64,000 nucleotides of DNA. Source: an uncultured Actinomycetota bacterium (GTDB lineage: Bacteria > Actinomycetota > Actinomycetes > Propionibacteriales > Nocardioidaceae). Under the pieces are notes generated by a model. That model made no database searches, had not been told where the DNA came from, and saw only the letters and a program-made list of their open reading frames with translations. Location: NCBI GenBank assembly GCA_963830495.1, contig CAWHMS010000001.1:637917-701916 (forward strand). The letters are read 5' to 3'. Shown piece after piece: positions 39,610 to 49,989 of this stretch. The translations under genes were made by a program, and so were the position numbers. Positions within the stretch are counted from its first letter, which is position 1, and each line of letters starts with the position of its first letter.

Positions 39610-39996
39610 AATCGGTCCCTCTCCGCGAGCGTCGGCACGGTCCTCGGTGCTCGTCCCGCCCTACGCTTAGCGTTACAGGAGGTGAGGCCCTAGCGCGAGG
39701 GGCCTTCGTCCCAATCTGTCGGGCCGATTTCTACGCACTGCGCCACAACAGCAGGCTGCACCACATCGGCCTGGACAGACGGCCGCTGCCGCGCCGGCCC
39801 ACGCCAGATGTTTGGTGGAGCTGTCATGGCGGTCAATGTCGAGTTTGCCATTGGAGTCCTTGGTCAGCACGGCAACCGCCATGTGGTCGAACTGCCCATG
39901 CTTCCTGACACTGAGTTGAGTGGTGTACGGATCCCGGTACCGGCACCCCGCACTCGTGGAGGCACGCCACCACGATGACCTGATCAGCCGATGTCA

Positions 39997-40221
39997 TTAC
40001 AGAACCGCGCCTCGTGGCGCCACCTCTACGGCGGCAACGCCTCTTGCGTACAGCACGAGGAGCCGGTCACCGTGTCTGCAGCGAAGCACGCCGGTGGCTT
40101 CTCCAAGCGCTGACACGGCGTGCTCGATGACTTCGTCGTCACTGACAGTGTCTGGCTCCTCGTAGGTGACATCTAGATGGTCACCGCTCGTGAGCCGAAC
40201 ACGTAACACAACGTCGCTCAT
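39997..40221 (-). CDS. small conserved-looking hypothetical protein (74 aa)
   Basis: MSDVVLRVRLTSGDHLDVTYEEPDTVSDDEVIEHAVSALGEATGVLRCRHGDRLLVLYARGVAAVEVAPRG. It has an ATG start and high GC3, but no motif was recognised. Confidence 0.4.
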   Translation of the reverse strand: MSDVVLRVRLTSGDHLDVTYEEPDTVSDDEVIEHAVSALGEATGVLRCRHGDRLLVLYARGVAAVEVAPRGAVL

Positions 40222-40548
40222 ACTCACGCACCTTAGACATGTCGTGCCTGGCGGCCACCCACCACGGCGATCACAACGCCAGCGATTCGTCGCTTTTCTC
40301 TCGCGCGATGACTCTCCGGCAGCAGCGAGCCCGATGAGCTGACCGCGCGGATTGCCGGGTTGTCGCTGGCAGGTGCGTTCCATCCGGCGGTCATATCGGG
40401 CCATGGCACATCCCAGCGATCCCGGACTATCACGGAAGGAGGGTCGTTCAAGGCAGGTGGCTTGTTACTGAGTCGCCCAGACTCAGCGCCAGGCTGTGAC
40501 GCCGCCTACCGGTGATGCGCCGTTCGGTCGCCAAGTGGCAGAACCGCA

Positions 40549-41343
40549 CTACTTGAGCACCAGGGCAAGGACGAAGGCGATCACAAAGACGCTCTGAAGT
40601 GAGTGCACGATGATTCCCATCCATGCGCTCTGGAAGCGCCGCGACGGATAGGCTTCGAGAAAGATGCCCTCCACCAAGGTGGTGGGTATGACCCACGGGA
40701 CGTGCAGGTGATAGACGGTGAACAGCACGCCGTTGGCGACCCAGTCGCCCCTGCCGAAGGCGGCTCGCATGCGCGGCAGCAGCAGCCCCCGGAAGAGAAG
40801 CTCCTCGCCGAGCGCAGTGTTGAAGATGACAAAGACGACGATGAGTGCGAACCAGCCCCAGGCGCCGCTGAAGAAGGCCTCGCCACGGTCGGAGCCGAGG
40901 AAATCGGCGAAATCTCGCTCGGACGGACCTGGGATCGCGGGCACCAGTGCCCACACGGCACCGAGGACGACGAAGAGCAGCGCCCACCACCAGACCTTTC
41001 CGCCCACGCGTCCAGTCTTCGGATCTCGCGGTGGCCGGAGCCAAAGAGCGTCGCGCACCCGCGGCCAGTCGAGCGACCCAAGTTCCCACCTGAGAAGGAT
41101 CAGGACCAGCAGGAACTGCCAGACGAGCCCGGCCGTGAGGAGGATCAGCAGCGCCTGAGTGAGGGGCTCATCGCCCCCGAGTTGGTCCTCGAGCCAGGGA
41201 GCGACCACCCATGCCAGAAGGCCCATTGGGACGGCTGCGGCGGCCCAAACCGCAAGGATCTCTAGCATCGAGTACTGCCTTACGGCTTCATACCGATCAG
41301 CTTCCTGATCGGGAGAGGGATGGACGGGCCGCGCGGCCGACAT
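40549..41343 (-). CDS. CPBP family intramembrane glutamic endopeptidase (CAAX protease)
   Basis: GAGGTGAGGA lies before the ATG at 41343. Motif 1 is EELLFRG, motif 2 is FTVYH, and motif 3 is IIVHSLQS. Confidence 0.85.
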   Translation of the reverse strand: MSAARPVHPSPDQEADRYEAVRQYSMLEILAVWAAAAVPMGLLAWVVAPWLEDQLGGDEPLTQALLILLTAGLVWQFLLVLILLRWELGSLDWPRVRDALWLRPPRDPKTGRVGGKVWWWALLFVVLGAVWALVPAIPGPSERDFADFLGSDRGEAFFSGAWGWFALIVVFVIFNTALGEELLFRGLLLPRMRAAFGRGDWVANGVLFTVYHLHVPWVIPTTLVEGIFLEAYPSRRFQSAWMGIIVHSLQSVFVIAFVLALVLK

Positions 41344-41706
41344 GGTCCTCACCTCGTCTGCTAAGACCCGGCGATGCGGATCGTCGCCGTCCTGACAAGC
41401 AGGTGATCGTCTCGGCGACCCCTTCGCATAAGGCTGCCAGATATCGCGAGCGTGCTCCGCCGTGTCGCGCCTGTCAAGAAGCGAGCTGCGACGAGGTCCC
41501 GGCGCATGCGCGCAACCGTCATAATCGCACCGGCGATGCATGCGGGCGCGAGCAGGACCGAGCAGAACTCGGCAGATCAGGTAAACATCGCACCTCAGCA
41601 TGACCGCCCCGTCCGCATGCGGAGGGTGCGGTGCATCCGCAGAGACGGCAAGCGAGGGTGGCGGCGGTGGCCGGGGAGTTCGGCGGGGTGGGGACCTCTC
41701 CCCTAG

Positions 41707-41731
41707 CGAGTTCATCTCTCGAATGAACTCG
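41707..41731. other. 9-bp hairpin CGAGTTCAT-ctctcga-ATGAACTCG
   Basis: Read directly from the sequence. The stem is A+T-rich and lies 86 nt from the tRNA-derived repeat copy A. Confidence 0.5.
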
Positions 41732-41816
41732 GTGCGGTCTGTGTGCGTTCCGTGCCTCCAACGTCCCCGCTCCTGCCCAAGTCAAGCCATTGTTCGTCTG
41801 AACTGCGGTCCTATCT

Positions 41817-41851
41817 GTCGGGCTGACAGGATTTGAACCTGCGACCCCTTG
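41817..41851 (-). repeat. tRNA 3'-half fragment, copy A of a perfect 35-bp direct repeat
   Basis: The minus strand reads CAAGGGGTCGCAGGTTCAAATCCTGTCAGCCCGAC. This is a T-arm (GCAGG/TTCAAAT/CCTGT) plus the 3' acceptor strand CAGCCCG plus a discriminator A. No matching D/anticodon arms or exact 5' acceptor strand are present. Confidence 0.8.
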
Positions 41852-42290
41852 TCCCCCCATGAATGGGTTCCGCACTTGCCCCTGATTGCGAGGCTGCGCG
41901 CTGACCTGCGAGAACAGCCTGCGCGCCACTCCCCCACCGTGCCGTGATGAGCTGCGATTTGCGGGCTTGCGATCGAATACTTCGGGAATAAGTGCGGCAC
42001 GGCTCAAGTCCCGGTCGCCGGCGGCGTGGCCGGGGCGGCAGCCGGCGGTGTGGGGGACCTGAACAGATTGCGGCCGCACTGTCTGTCCTTAGCGAACTTT
42101 GCTCTGTTGGCCTTCGCCTTTGCGCAGGGCATACCACGCGCCAACCAGGAGCCAGTCAATCACCGCCCGTGAATAGCGGGATGTATGGCGAGATGGCGGT
42201 CGCGTGTGGCTTTAGCTGCCCCACCGGCGCAGTTGCCGGGTTCGAGCCTCGATCGGCTGCGTTCGGATCGGGCAGCTGCAGGTGGTGCAG

Positions 42291-43868
42291 TCACGTGCTG
42301 GATGGGGCGGTCGGTGAGGTGTCCCAAAAGTCGTATACGCCGAGTTGGTGGGCGGCATCGATGGCAGCCCGGCCCAGGACGTTCGTGTAGGTGGGGAAGG
42401 ACAGCGGGATCCGCACAAACTGCTCCACAGGCATCGTCGCAGCAACAGCGACAGCCGCCACCTGGACGATCTCGACCGCCCGTTCGCCGACGACGTGGCA
42501 GCCGAGCATCCGGTGGTTGCTGCGGTCGACGATGAGTTTGCAGAACCCGTCGCGGCGTCCGTCGATGATCGGCCGCGTCGTCACGGAGAAGGGCACAGTC
42601 GCCACCTCCACGTCATGGTGGCGGCGGGCGACGGCCTCGGTTGGCCCGACATGGGCGTATTCGGGATCCGTGAAACTGCCGATCGGGGTCGCTGGCGGGC
42701 TGAGGCTAGCCCCGAGGCCACGCACCGCGTTCGTCGCAGCGAGGTAACCATCCTGCACCGCGTGCGGCACGAGCATGAGCCGGCCCGTGATGTCCCCGGC
42801 AGCGAACACGTGTGGAGCGGTGGTGCGCAGGTGCTCGTCGACCCACACGTAACCGCGCTCGGTGGTCTCCACCCCAGCGGCGGCCAGGTTCAGCCCGGCG
42901 GTGTCGGCCAACCAGCCGATCGCTGCTACCGCAAGGTTCGCCTCGGCGCGGTCGATGACGTCTTCCTTGACGTAGGCCATCCGGACCCCGCCTGGCACCT
43001 TCTCGAACCCGCGGATGCGTCCGAAGCCCTCGTGCACGTCCATACCGGCGGCCCGAAATGAATCCGCCATGGCCCGCGAGACATCCTGATCTTCAGTCGC
43101 CAGAATCCGCGGACCCGCTTCGAACAGCGCCACTCGCGAGCCGAGTTCGGAGAAGACCGATGCGACCTGGACGCCAGTCGCCCCAGCGCCGATCACCAAG
43201 AGCGACTCCGGCACCGTGGTCAGCGTCCACGCGTCGCGATGTGAGCCCACCAACTCCGCGCCCGGCGCCGGCAGGGCCCGGTTGATGCCGCCCGCACAGA
43301 GAATCAGTCTGTCTGCGCCGAGGCGAGTCCCCCGATCGTCTTCGATCGTATGGGCATCGACGAACCGTGCCGTACCGGCGTGCTCAAGCAGGAGCACTCC
43401 TGCGTCCTGCAGCTCTGTTCGCAGCACGGAGTTCTCAGCGACCTCTGCGACCACCTCGCGAACCCGTGCGAGAAGCCGAGGGTAGTCCAAGGCGGGTTCG
43501 CTGACTTCGATGCCGTAGCGGGGCAGCTGTCGTGCCTCCCGACTGAGCCGGGCTGCCTGGGCCAACGTGCGCACCGGAACCGGACCGTCCGCGGCGGCCA
43601 TCCCGCCCACCGCATCTCGGGCAATGAGCGTGGTTTTGGCACCCAGCTCGGCCGCCCGGAGTGCCGCGAAGACCCCAGCCGGGCCGGCGCCGATGACACC
43701 AATGTCTGCATGCTCCACGGTCTTCACGATGCCACATACCGACGCGGTCGGTCGGCCAACATCAGCACTGGGGGTTGGCGTACGGCGGCGTTTGCGTGAC
43801 CATGGTCTCCTCGCTCTCGGTTTCAGGACGATCTGTTTGGCAGAGCCAGTCTGAGTGGCCGACGCCAC
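42291..43868 (-). CDS. pyridine-nucleotide-disulfide-oxidoreductase-fold flavoprotein lacking the redox disulfide (LpdA-like)
   Basis: FAD motif GVIGAGPAG, NAD motif VIGAGATGVQVA, and a dimerisation domain are present. The CxxxxC position reads GGMAAADGPVPVRTL and the HPxxxE position reads SFPTYTN. The start is uncertain (43868, or GTG 43727). Confidence 0.8.
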   Translation of the reverse strand: MASATQTGSAKQIVLKPRARRPWSRKRRRTPTPSADVGRPTASVCGIVKTVEHADIGVIGAGPAGVFAALRAAELGAKTTLIARDAVGGMAAADGPVPVRTLAQAARLSREARQLPRYGIEVSEPALDYPRLLARVREVVAEVAENSVLRTELQDAGVLLLEHAGTARFVDAHTIEDDRGTRLGADRLILCAGGINRALPAPGAELVGSHRDAWTLTTVPESLLVIGAGATGVQVASVFSELGSRVALFEAGPRILATEDQDVSRAMADSFRAAGMDVHEGFGRIRGFEKVPGGVRMAYVKEDVIDRAEANLAVAAIGWLADTAGLNLAAAGVETTERGYVWVDEHLRTTAPHVFAAGDITGRLMLVPHAVQDGYLAATNAVRGLGASLSPPATPIGSFTDPEYAHVGPTEAVARRHHDVEVATVPFSVTTRPIIDGRRDGFCKLIVDRSNHRMLGCHVVGERAVEIVQVAAVAVAATMPVEQFVRIPLSFPTYTNVLGRAAIDAAHQLGVYDFWDTSPTAPSST

Positions 43869-43963
43869 GACTGCATCGCCCGCTGGGGATGAGGCGGTGG
43901 CACGGACACACTCAACCAGTCGACGTCGCCGCGCTGGGTCGGCCAGGAACGAAGGACGTAGAG

Positions 43964-44845
43964 ATGGCGGTGCGGACGCTTAAAGCGGAGGCGGTGCTTA
44001 GGCCCCAGGCCGAGCTGGCGGAAGGCCCGCGCTGGGACGCTCGGGCCCAGCAGTTGCTGTGGGTGGACGTACTGGCCGGAGCAGTGCATGCCTTCGACCC
44101 AGCCAGCGGTCGAGATGTCCGTCGCGATCTCGGCCGGCATGTCGGCGCCGTGGCCCCGTTCGGCGAGGACAGCGTGGTCGCAGCGGTCCGGGAGGGATTT
44201 GTGCGCCTGGACCCCGATGGGTCCGAGCAGACTCTCGCCTCGGTGCTCGCGGACCAGCCCGGCCTGCGCTTCAACGACGGGCGAGCCGACCGCGCAGGTA
44301 GGTTCTGGGCCGACACCCTCTGCTACCAGATGGAGCGCGGACAGGCCGCGCTCTTTCGGCTAGACGTGAATGGCTGCACCGAAATGGTCGATGGCCTCGG
44401 GCTTGGAAACGGCCTCGACTGGAGCCCAGACGACCGGGCGTTCTACCTCGTCGACACGCTGGCTCAGACCGTGGACACCTTCGACTTCGACTTGCACGAT
44501 GGCGCGCTCGGTCGACGCCGGCGCTTCCTCGACATCGATCCGAGGCTGGGCAGCCCGGACGGGCTCACAGTTGATGCAGAAGGGTGCGTTTGGGTCGCCA
44601 TCTACGGCGGTGGACAGGTGCGCCGCTACACCCCCGACGGGCGGCTCGACAGCATCGTCGAGGTCCCCGAAGCCACCCAGACCACAAGTGCTGGATTCGG
44701 TGGCCCGGGTCTGGACACCCTGTTCGTCACCACTGCCCTGGAGAACCTCGACCGCGGCGCCAGGGCTGCCCAGACGAACGCGGGCGCGATATTGGCGGTC
44801 CGGCCTGGGACGGTTGGTCAGCCCACGGCGTCGTACGCGCCGTGA
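43964..44845 (+). CDS. SMP-30/gluconolactonase/LRE family protein
   Basis: LAEGPRWD, LLWVDV, RFNDGRADRAGRFW, NGLDWSPD, PDGLTVDAEGCVWVA and TSAGFGG are the family blade motifs. GAAGGA lies before the ATG. Confidence 0.85.
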   Translation: MAVRTLKAEAVLRPQAELAEGPRWDARAQQLLWVDVLAGAVHAFDPASGRDVRRDLGRHVGAVAPFGEDSVVAAVREGFVRLDPDGSEQTLASVLADQPGLRFNDGRADRAGRFWADTLCYQMERGQAALFRLDVNGCTEMVDGLGLGNGLDWSPDDRAFYLVDTLAQTVDTFDFDLHDGALGRRRRFLDIDPRLGSPDGLTVDAEGCVWVAIYGGGQVRRYTPDGRLDSIVEVPEATQTTSAGFGGPGLDTLFVTTALENLDRGARAAQTNAGAILAVRPGTVGQPTASYAP

Positions 44846-44975
44846 CGGCGCGGGCGCAGGCTCCCTTGGGATAGGTTTTCGGCGATTTGCCGCGGGCTCA
44901 CGCCGCTGGGGTGACCGAACTGTGCGCTAGCTCAGTCGGCGGAAACCCGCGCAACGGTTTGGGCAGCGCTGGCTT

Positions 44976-46352
44976 TCAGCCGACAGGGTCGTGCCACGTC
45001 TCGCCAACGGGCAGGAGAGTGTCGGCCTCCCTGGGCCCCCAAGTCCCGGGGGAGTACGGATGAACGGGGCCGACGTCGCCTAGGATCGGGTCGACGATCC
45101 GCCAGGCGGCCTCGACGGTGTCCTGGCGGGCGAACGGCAGTCGATTCCCATCAAGTGCAGCGCCGATGAGCCGGTCGTAGGGCCTCTGGTCCGAGTGCGG
45201 TTGCCGAGCGAAGGCGAGTTCTTGCATCTCCGGCAGTGGAATCGCGCCCGGTGCCTTCCCGGCGAGGCGGAGACCGGTCTCGACCTGCGGCCAGATCCGG
45301 AATCGCAGTATGTTGCTGATTCCGGAATCTCCAACGCCGAAGACGTCGTAGGGGGCAGGGCGGAACCGGACAGTCACCTCGGTGGCGGTGGCCGACAGAG
45401 CCTTGCCGGCGCGGATGGAGATCGGGACGCCGGCCCATCGCCACGAGTCCACTGCCGTTCGCGCAGCGACGTAGGTCTCTGTCGTAGAGCCAGCGGCCAC
45501 ACCGTCCACGTCGTGATAGCCGTCGTACTGCCCTTTTACTACGTCTCCGGGCGTCAGTGGCCGCAGCGCGGCGATGAGCCGGGACTTGTTGTCCAGCCAG
45601 GAAGCCGGACCGGATCCATCGGGCGGGTCGGCCAGCACGCTGGCCAGGACCTGCAGGAGATGGTTCTGCAACACGTCGCGAGTCGCGCCGGTGCGGTCGT
45701 AGAACCGGCCGCGATCGGAGACGTCGAACCCCTCGGCCATCGTGATCTGAATGCTTTGCACGTACTGGCGATTCAACAACGGCTCAATCACCGCGTTGGC
45801 GAACCGGGCCACCAGCATGTTGTTCAGCGGCTCCAAGGCGAGCCAGTGGTCCACGCGAAATATAGCGTCCTCGGTGAAGACCTGGTGCATCGTCGCGTCC
45901 AGCGCCCGTGCGCTCGCAAGATCGGTCCCGAAGGGCTTCTCCACCATTACCCGGGCGTGCCGGGCTCGGTCCGCGCCGGCGATTCCCTGGGCGATGCGCC
46001 CGAATAACGACGGTGGCACCTCCAAGTAGAACAGCGCGCCAGCCCCGTCGCCCATCTCCCGTGACATCGCCGCGTAGGTCGCGTCGTCATCCAGGTCACC
46101 GTCGACGTACCGCAGCAGCCTCAACAACTTCCCCGCGGCCGGACTGGCCGGATCCATCGCGTTCAGTCGAAGCGATGCGACAGCATAGTCACGAAAGTGG
46201 TCCAAGCCCCAGCCACTCTTTGCGACCCCGATCACCGGGACATCGAGCACCCCGCGTTCAACCAGCCCCACCAGTGCGGGGAAGGTCTCCAGCTTCGCGA
46301 GGTCGCCCGTAGCACCGAAAATTACTAGCGCGTCCACACGGTTTGTCGCCAT
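44976..46352 (-). CDS. zwf: glucose-6-phosphate dehydrogenase
   Basis: The NADP motif is IFGATGDLA. The active-site region RVDHWLALE is a variant of RIDHYLGKE. The family C-terminal region [10 protein letters not shown] and WGP are present. Confidence 0.9.
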   Translation of the reverse strand: MATNRVDALVIFGATGDLAKLETFPALVGLVERGVLDVPVIGVAKSGWGLDHFRDYAVASLRLNAMDPASPAAGKLLRLLRYVDGDLDDDATYAAMSREMGDGAGALFYLEVPPSLFGRIAQGIAGADRARHARVMVEKPFGTDLASARALDATMHQVFTEDAIFRVDHWLALEPLNNMLVARFANAVIEPLLNRQYVQSIQITMAEGFDVSDRGRFYDRTGATRDVLQNHLLQVLASVLADPPDGSGPASWLDNKSRLIAALRPLTPGDVVKGQYDGYHDVDGVAAGSTTETYVAARTAVDSWRWAGVPISIRAGKALSATATEVTVRFRPAPYDVFGVGDSGISNILRFRIWPQVETGLRLAGKAPGAIPLPEMQELAFARQPHSDQRPYDRLIGAALDGNRLPFARQDTVEAAWRIVDPILGDVGPVHPYSPGTWGPREADTLLPVGETWHDPVG

Positions 46353-46501
46353 TGAGCTCCCCTCACCGGAAGGCCCCCGTGCAGCACCCTGCCCAGCTGT
46401 TCGGTGGCGCCTCGATTAACCGAATGATGCCAGCAGACGAACGTGACTGACAAGCACCTCGGCCGGTGGTTGAAGGGCTGACCGCGCGGCCCATATGACG
46501 G

Positions 46502-47341
46502 TCAGGCGGCGGGCGAGATCCGCTCGCTGCCGACGACTCTTCCCGGTCCGGGGCGAGTGAGGTGAACCACATACATGCTCCCTGCCGGCAGACCCGCGAT
46601 CCGAGGCAGCAGCTCCGGCGAAGCCACCGCAATGTCCCCGACCACGCTGGCCAACATGTTCCGGTCGGCACACACGGCGGTAGGTACGCCCTGCCGCGTC
46701 GCCGACCAGACCTGGTCGACGGCGGCACGGAGCCTGGCCGCGCGATCGGGCACCAGCACGAACTCGCTCAGCCAGGCGTCGCGTACAAGCGGCTCCACTG
46801 TCTCCACACAACGCGGGACATCAGTTGTCACGACCTGACGGATCCCGAAGGCCTTGACCAAATCCGCGAGCGCCTTCGCCTGACGCCCGCCCCCCAGGGC
46901 CCTGCGCCGACTCCCCGCGTGCATGCCGGACGCTTTGTGCCCCGGCCGAACCAGGACAAGGGGTTGTGACAGATAGGCGCTTCCAGCCCAAAACCTCTCG
47001 ATCAATGGCCAATCCCGACAACGGGCAAGGCGAAGCGCGGCGTCGGGCGGCACCCACAGCAGGTCGTCGATCTCGTCGCCCGGTGTGAAGCTGCCGGAGG
47101 TCGCAGCCAGTGACCAGTACCTGACGCGCTTTGAGGCGCCGTCCTTGAGGTAACTCGTCGCGCCGAGCGACGCACCGAGGCGGGCGTGGCGACCGGTCTC
47201 CTCCCGGACCTCGCGCAGCGCCCCCATGATCGGGTGCTCACCTCGGCGCAGCTTTCCCTTGGGAAGTGACCAACTATCCGACCCGGGCAGTGAGCCAGCG
47301 CCAACTCGACACCCAGGCGCGAGTCGGCAGAGCACGACCAC
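46502..47341 (-). CDS. NUDIX hydrolase / histidine-phosphatase-like fusion protein
   Basis: The Nudix box is GKLRRGEHPIMGALREVREETG. The C-terminal SixA-like half has LVLVRPGHKA where RH(A/G)xA is expected. The start is not well defined. Confidence 0.65.
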   Translation of the reverse strand: MVVLCRLAPGCRVGAGSLPGSDSWSLPKGKLRRGEHPIMGALREVREETGRHARLGASLGATSYLKDGASKRVRYWSLAATSGSFTPGDEIDDLLWVPPDAALRLARCRDWPLIERFWAGSAYLSQPLVLVRPGHKASGMHAGSRRRALGGGRQAKALADLVKAFGIRQVVTTDVPRCVETVEPLVRDAWLSEFVLVPDRAARLRAAVDQVWSATRQGVPTAVCADRNMLASVVGDIAVASPELLPRIAGLPAGSMYVVHLTRPGPGRVVGSERISPAA

Positions 47342-47612
47342 TCACTGGTTGCGCCTCGCCGCTCAGGTCGCCGACCCGATCGCGGCCGCGCGTGGCGTTC
47401 GCCCTGATTCCGCAGTCGACCTCATACCGGCTCAAGGTGGACACGGCTCGCGACGCCGAATGGGGGACGGCCTCGACGGCGACATACACCGCGTAGAGGT
47501 CAGGTCACAGCGGGGCGCCGATGACGAGACTTCAGTCCTGCCCCTGTTCCTGGTTGACTACGCCGCAGCCCTCGACCTGCTCAACACCGCGACCGGCGGT
47601 TCCTCCAGACCG

Positions 47613-47852
47613 GTCGATCTCCAGATCCGCCACCAGCCGGGCGGTGAGGGTGGGCGGATCGACACGGCGCGGGCATTGGTGTCGCACGACGACGGCATGG
47701 CCTGGACCCAGTGGCCGAGCGTTCCACTCGGCAGCGGTCGCTTCAAGGTCCCCTGCCGGCGATCCGGCCGGGCCGATTTCGTCTCACTGCGGGTAGAGGG
47801 GCCGGGCCACGGAGTGGCCGACGCGTGCTCCGCATGTTGCGAACGCGCGTGA
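47613..47852 (+). pseudogene. possible C-terminal fragment of a secreted peptidase-type protein
   Basis: VDLQIRHQP....ARALVSHDDGMAWTQWPSVPLGSGRFKVP....ADFVSLRVE resembles the '..vS.DdG.tW......g.g.y.....g.vSLRv' tail seen in actinobacterial secreted peptidases. There is no body upstream. Confidence 0.2.
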
Positions 47853-47877
47853 CCCGGCAATGGCACGGGGCGGGTAA

Positions 47878-48045
47878 GAACTGCTCCCACGACTGGAACG
47901 CCTCGGCGACATCGTCGTTGCGCGTGACCACCCTGTATCCGTCGCGGCACTCCGTCCACACGACCGCGTGCGCGTCGCCCAGCGCGCTGTGAGCTCGCGG
48001 CGGAGTCGGCGAGCGTCGAAGCCTGGAAGGCGTCGAAGTCCGACC
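47878..48045 (-). pseudogene. cytochrome P450 N-terminal fragment (one frameshift)
   Basis: DFDAFQASTLADSAA in one frame, then LGDAHAVVWTECRDGYRVVTRNDDVAEAFQSWEQF in the next, match the usual P450 N-terminus (FDPF...laDP...; g.w.VTryddV..vl.d...F). Nothing P450-like lies downstream. Confidence 0.45.
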
Positions 48046-48077
48046 TCGCGTCGGCCGAGTTGCGGTAGCGTCCTCAC

Positions 48078-49712
48078 GTGGCTGCGCGAGATGGGATCGA
48101 CGTCGCCGCCTCCGGCACGGGCACGGTCCTGTTGACGCTCGCTGCGGGGCAGTTCTTGATGACGCTCGACAGTTCGGTGATGAACGTGTCGATCGCGACT
48201 GTCGCAGAGGACGTCGGCACGACGGTGACTGGCATCCAGACCGCGATCACCTTCTACACGCTCGTCATGGCCGCGCTCATGATCACCGGCGGTAAGGTCG
48301 GCGGGATGTTGGGTCGCAAGCGCGCGTTCGCGATCGGCTGTGTGATCTACGGCGCCGGATCCTTCACGACCTCGATCTCGCAGAGCCTGACTGTTCTGAT
48401 CATCGGGTGGTCGGTGCTCGAGGGCATCGGCGCTGCCTTGATCATGCCGGCGATCGTCGCGCTGGTCGCCTCGAACTTCGTGCAGTCCGAAAGACCGCGC
48501 GCGTACGGCTTGATCGCGGCGGCCGGCGCGATCGCGGTCGCCGCAGGCCCCTTGATCGGCGGCCTGTTCACCACCTACCTGTCGTGGCGGCTCGTGTTCG
48601 CGAGCGAGGTGGTGATCGTCATCGCGATCCTCTTCTTGACGCGCCGGATGGCCGACACGCCACCCGACCCCACCGCACGCCTCGACCTCGTCGGTACGGC
48701 GCTGTCGGGCACCGGCCTCAGCCTCATCGTGTTCGGCATCCTCCAGGCCGGGACTTGGGGCATCGTGCAGCCGAAGGACGGCGCGCCGGTGTGGTTCGGC
48801 ACCTCGCCGGTGATCTGGCTGTTCACCGGCGGCGCGGCGGTCCTCGGCGCATTCGTGAGGTGGGAGCAGCACCGCATCGACCACGACCAGGGCGCGCTGC
48901 TCGACCCCGTGATGTTGAAGATTCCCCAGCTGAGGGGCGGGCTCGTCGCCTTCTTCTTCCAGTTCCTGCTGCAGATGGGTCTCTTCTTCGTGGTGCCCCT
49001 GTTCCTCTCGGTCGCGCTTGGGCTGTCCGCGGTGGAGACCGGCGTCCGGGTGCTCCCACTGTCGGTCTCACTACTCATCACGGCCGTAGGCATCCCGAAG
49101 GTGTTCCCGCACGCAAACCCGCGACGCGTGGTGCGCGCGGGCTTCCTGATGCTCCTCGCCGGCATCGTCACGCTCATCGTGCTGCTCGACGAGGGCGCAG
49201 GTCCCGAGATCGTCACCTGGCCGATGCTGCTCGCCGGGTTCGGCGTCGGCTCGCTGGCCTCCCAGCTCGGTGCGGTCACGGTCGGTGCGGTGCCGGACGA
49301 GCAGACCGACGAGGTCGGCGGGCTCCAGAACACGGTCACCAACCTCGGCGCATCGGTCGGCACCGCGCTCGCGGGTGCGGTGCTGATCGCCGCGCTCACC
49401 TCATCGTTCCTCGCCGGGATCACGAACCATCCCGACGTGCCCGACTCGGTGTCGAACCAGGCGCAAGTGGAGTTGACGAGCGGTGCCCCGTTCATTTCCG
49501 ATGCGCAACTCGAGGACGCGCTCGCCGACGCCGACGTACCCCCGGACACAGCCGACGCGATCGTCGACGAGAACGCCGCGGCCCGCATCGACGGCCTGCG
49601 CGCCGCGCTCGCCGTCCTCGCGCTGCTCGCGGTGGTCGCTTTGTTCGCGACTTGGCGACTTCCGACGAAGCAAATCGGTTCGAACGGCGCTCGGGCCTCG
49701 TCATCCGCGTAA
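48078..49712 (+). CDS. MFS transporter, DHA2 (14-TMS EmrB/QacA-like) family
   Basis: LAAGQFLMTLDSSVMNVSI, GGKVGGMLGRKRAF and the 14 hydrophobic segments are typical of this family. The start is a GTG. Confidence 0.9.
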   Translation: MAARDGIDVAASGTGTVLLTLAAGQFLMTLDSSVMNVSIATVAEDVGTTVTGIQTAITFYTLVMAALMITGGKVGGMLGRKRAFAIGCVIYGAGSFTTSISQSLTVLIIGWSVLEGIGAALIMPAIVALVASNFVQSERPRAYGLIAAAGAIAVAAGPLIGGLFTTYLSWRLVFASEVVIVIAILFLTRRMADTPPDPTARLDLVGTALSGTGLSLIVFGILQAGTWGIVQPKDGAPVWFGTSPVIWLFTGGAAVLGAFVRWEQHRIDHDQGALLDPVMLKIPQLRGGLVAFFFQFLLQMGLFFVVPLFLSVALGLSAVETGVRVLPLSVSLLITAVGIPKVFPHANPRRVVRAGFLMLLAGIVTLIVLLDEGAGPEIVTWPMLLAGFGVGSLASQLGAVTVGAVPDEQTDEVGGLQNTVTNLGASVGTALAGAVLIAALTSSFLAGITNHPDVPDSVSNQAQVELTSGAPFISDAQLEDALADADVPPDTADAIVDENAAARIDGLRAALAVLALLAVVALFATWRLPTKQIGSNGARASSSA

Positions 49713-49989
49713 GACGACGTGCGGAGCCAGCAGCCAGTTGCCAGCCGATCCTCCCCGGTAGGTGCGATCAATTCGGTGTGGAATTTCGTGTGCCGCGTCG
49801 GCCGGACGGGCAGCCACCGGCAGGCCCAGCGAACCGGCGCGGTCGGCCTTTACTGGGTTAAACCGGCTCGTTGACACCGGATCGGTTGAGGAACGGGAGC
49901 AGCAGTCATCACGCGGCGCCTCCAACCGCGACAACGCCGACACCAGCCGCCGCCGGTCCAGATGGATGACCTGCCTGAGCTCGCCCGTT

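Noticed and set aside
39673-39882. 69-aa ORF beginning MAVAVLTKDSNGKLDIDRHDSSTKHLAWAG, with an upstream in-frame extension, vaguely like a DUF1269-type stress protein.
   Set aside because: The similarity is short and from memory only, and the C-terminal half is low-complexity Ala/Cys/Arg. It is possibly another fragment, but I cannot support a call.
41817-41921. Possible complete tRNA at repeat copy A. CAGCCTG at 41915-41921 could pair 6/7 with the 3' acceptor strand.
   Set aside because: This would require a 104-105-nt molecule, and I cannot fold D or anticodon arms in the 61-nt middle. Copy B has no such complement at all. I treat both as tRNA fragments.
42236-42262. T-loop-like GCCGGGTTCGAGCCTCGATCGGC on the plus strand.
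   Set aside because: The flanking bases do not form a T-stem (CCGGG versus CTCGA), and no acceptor or anticodon arms can be drawn. It is at best a very degraded tRNA relic.
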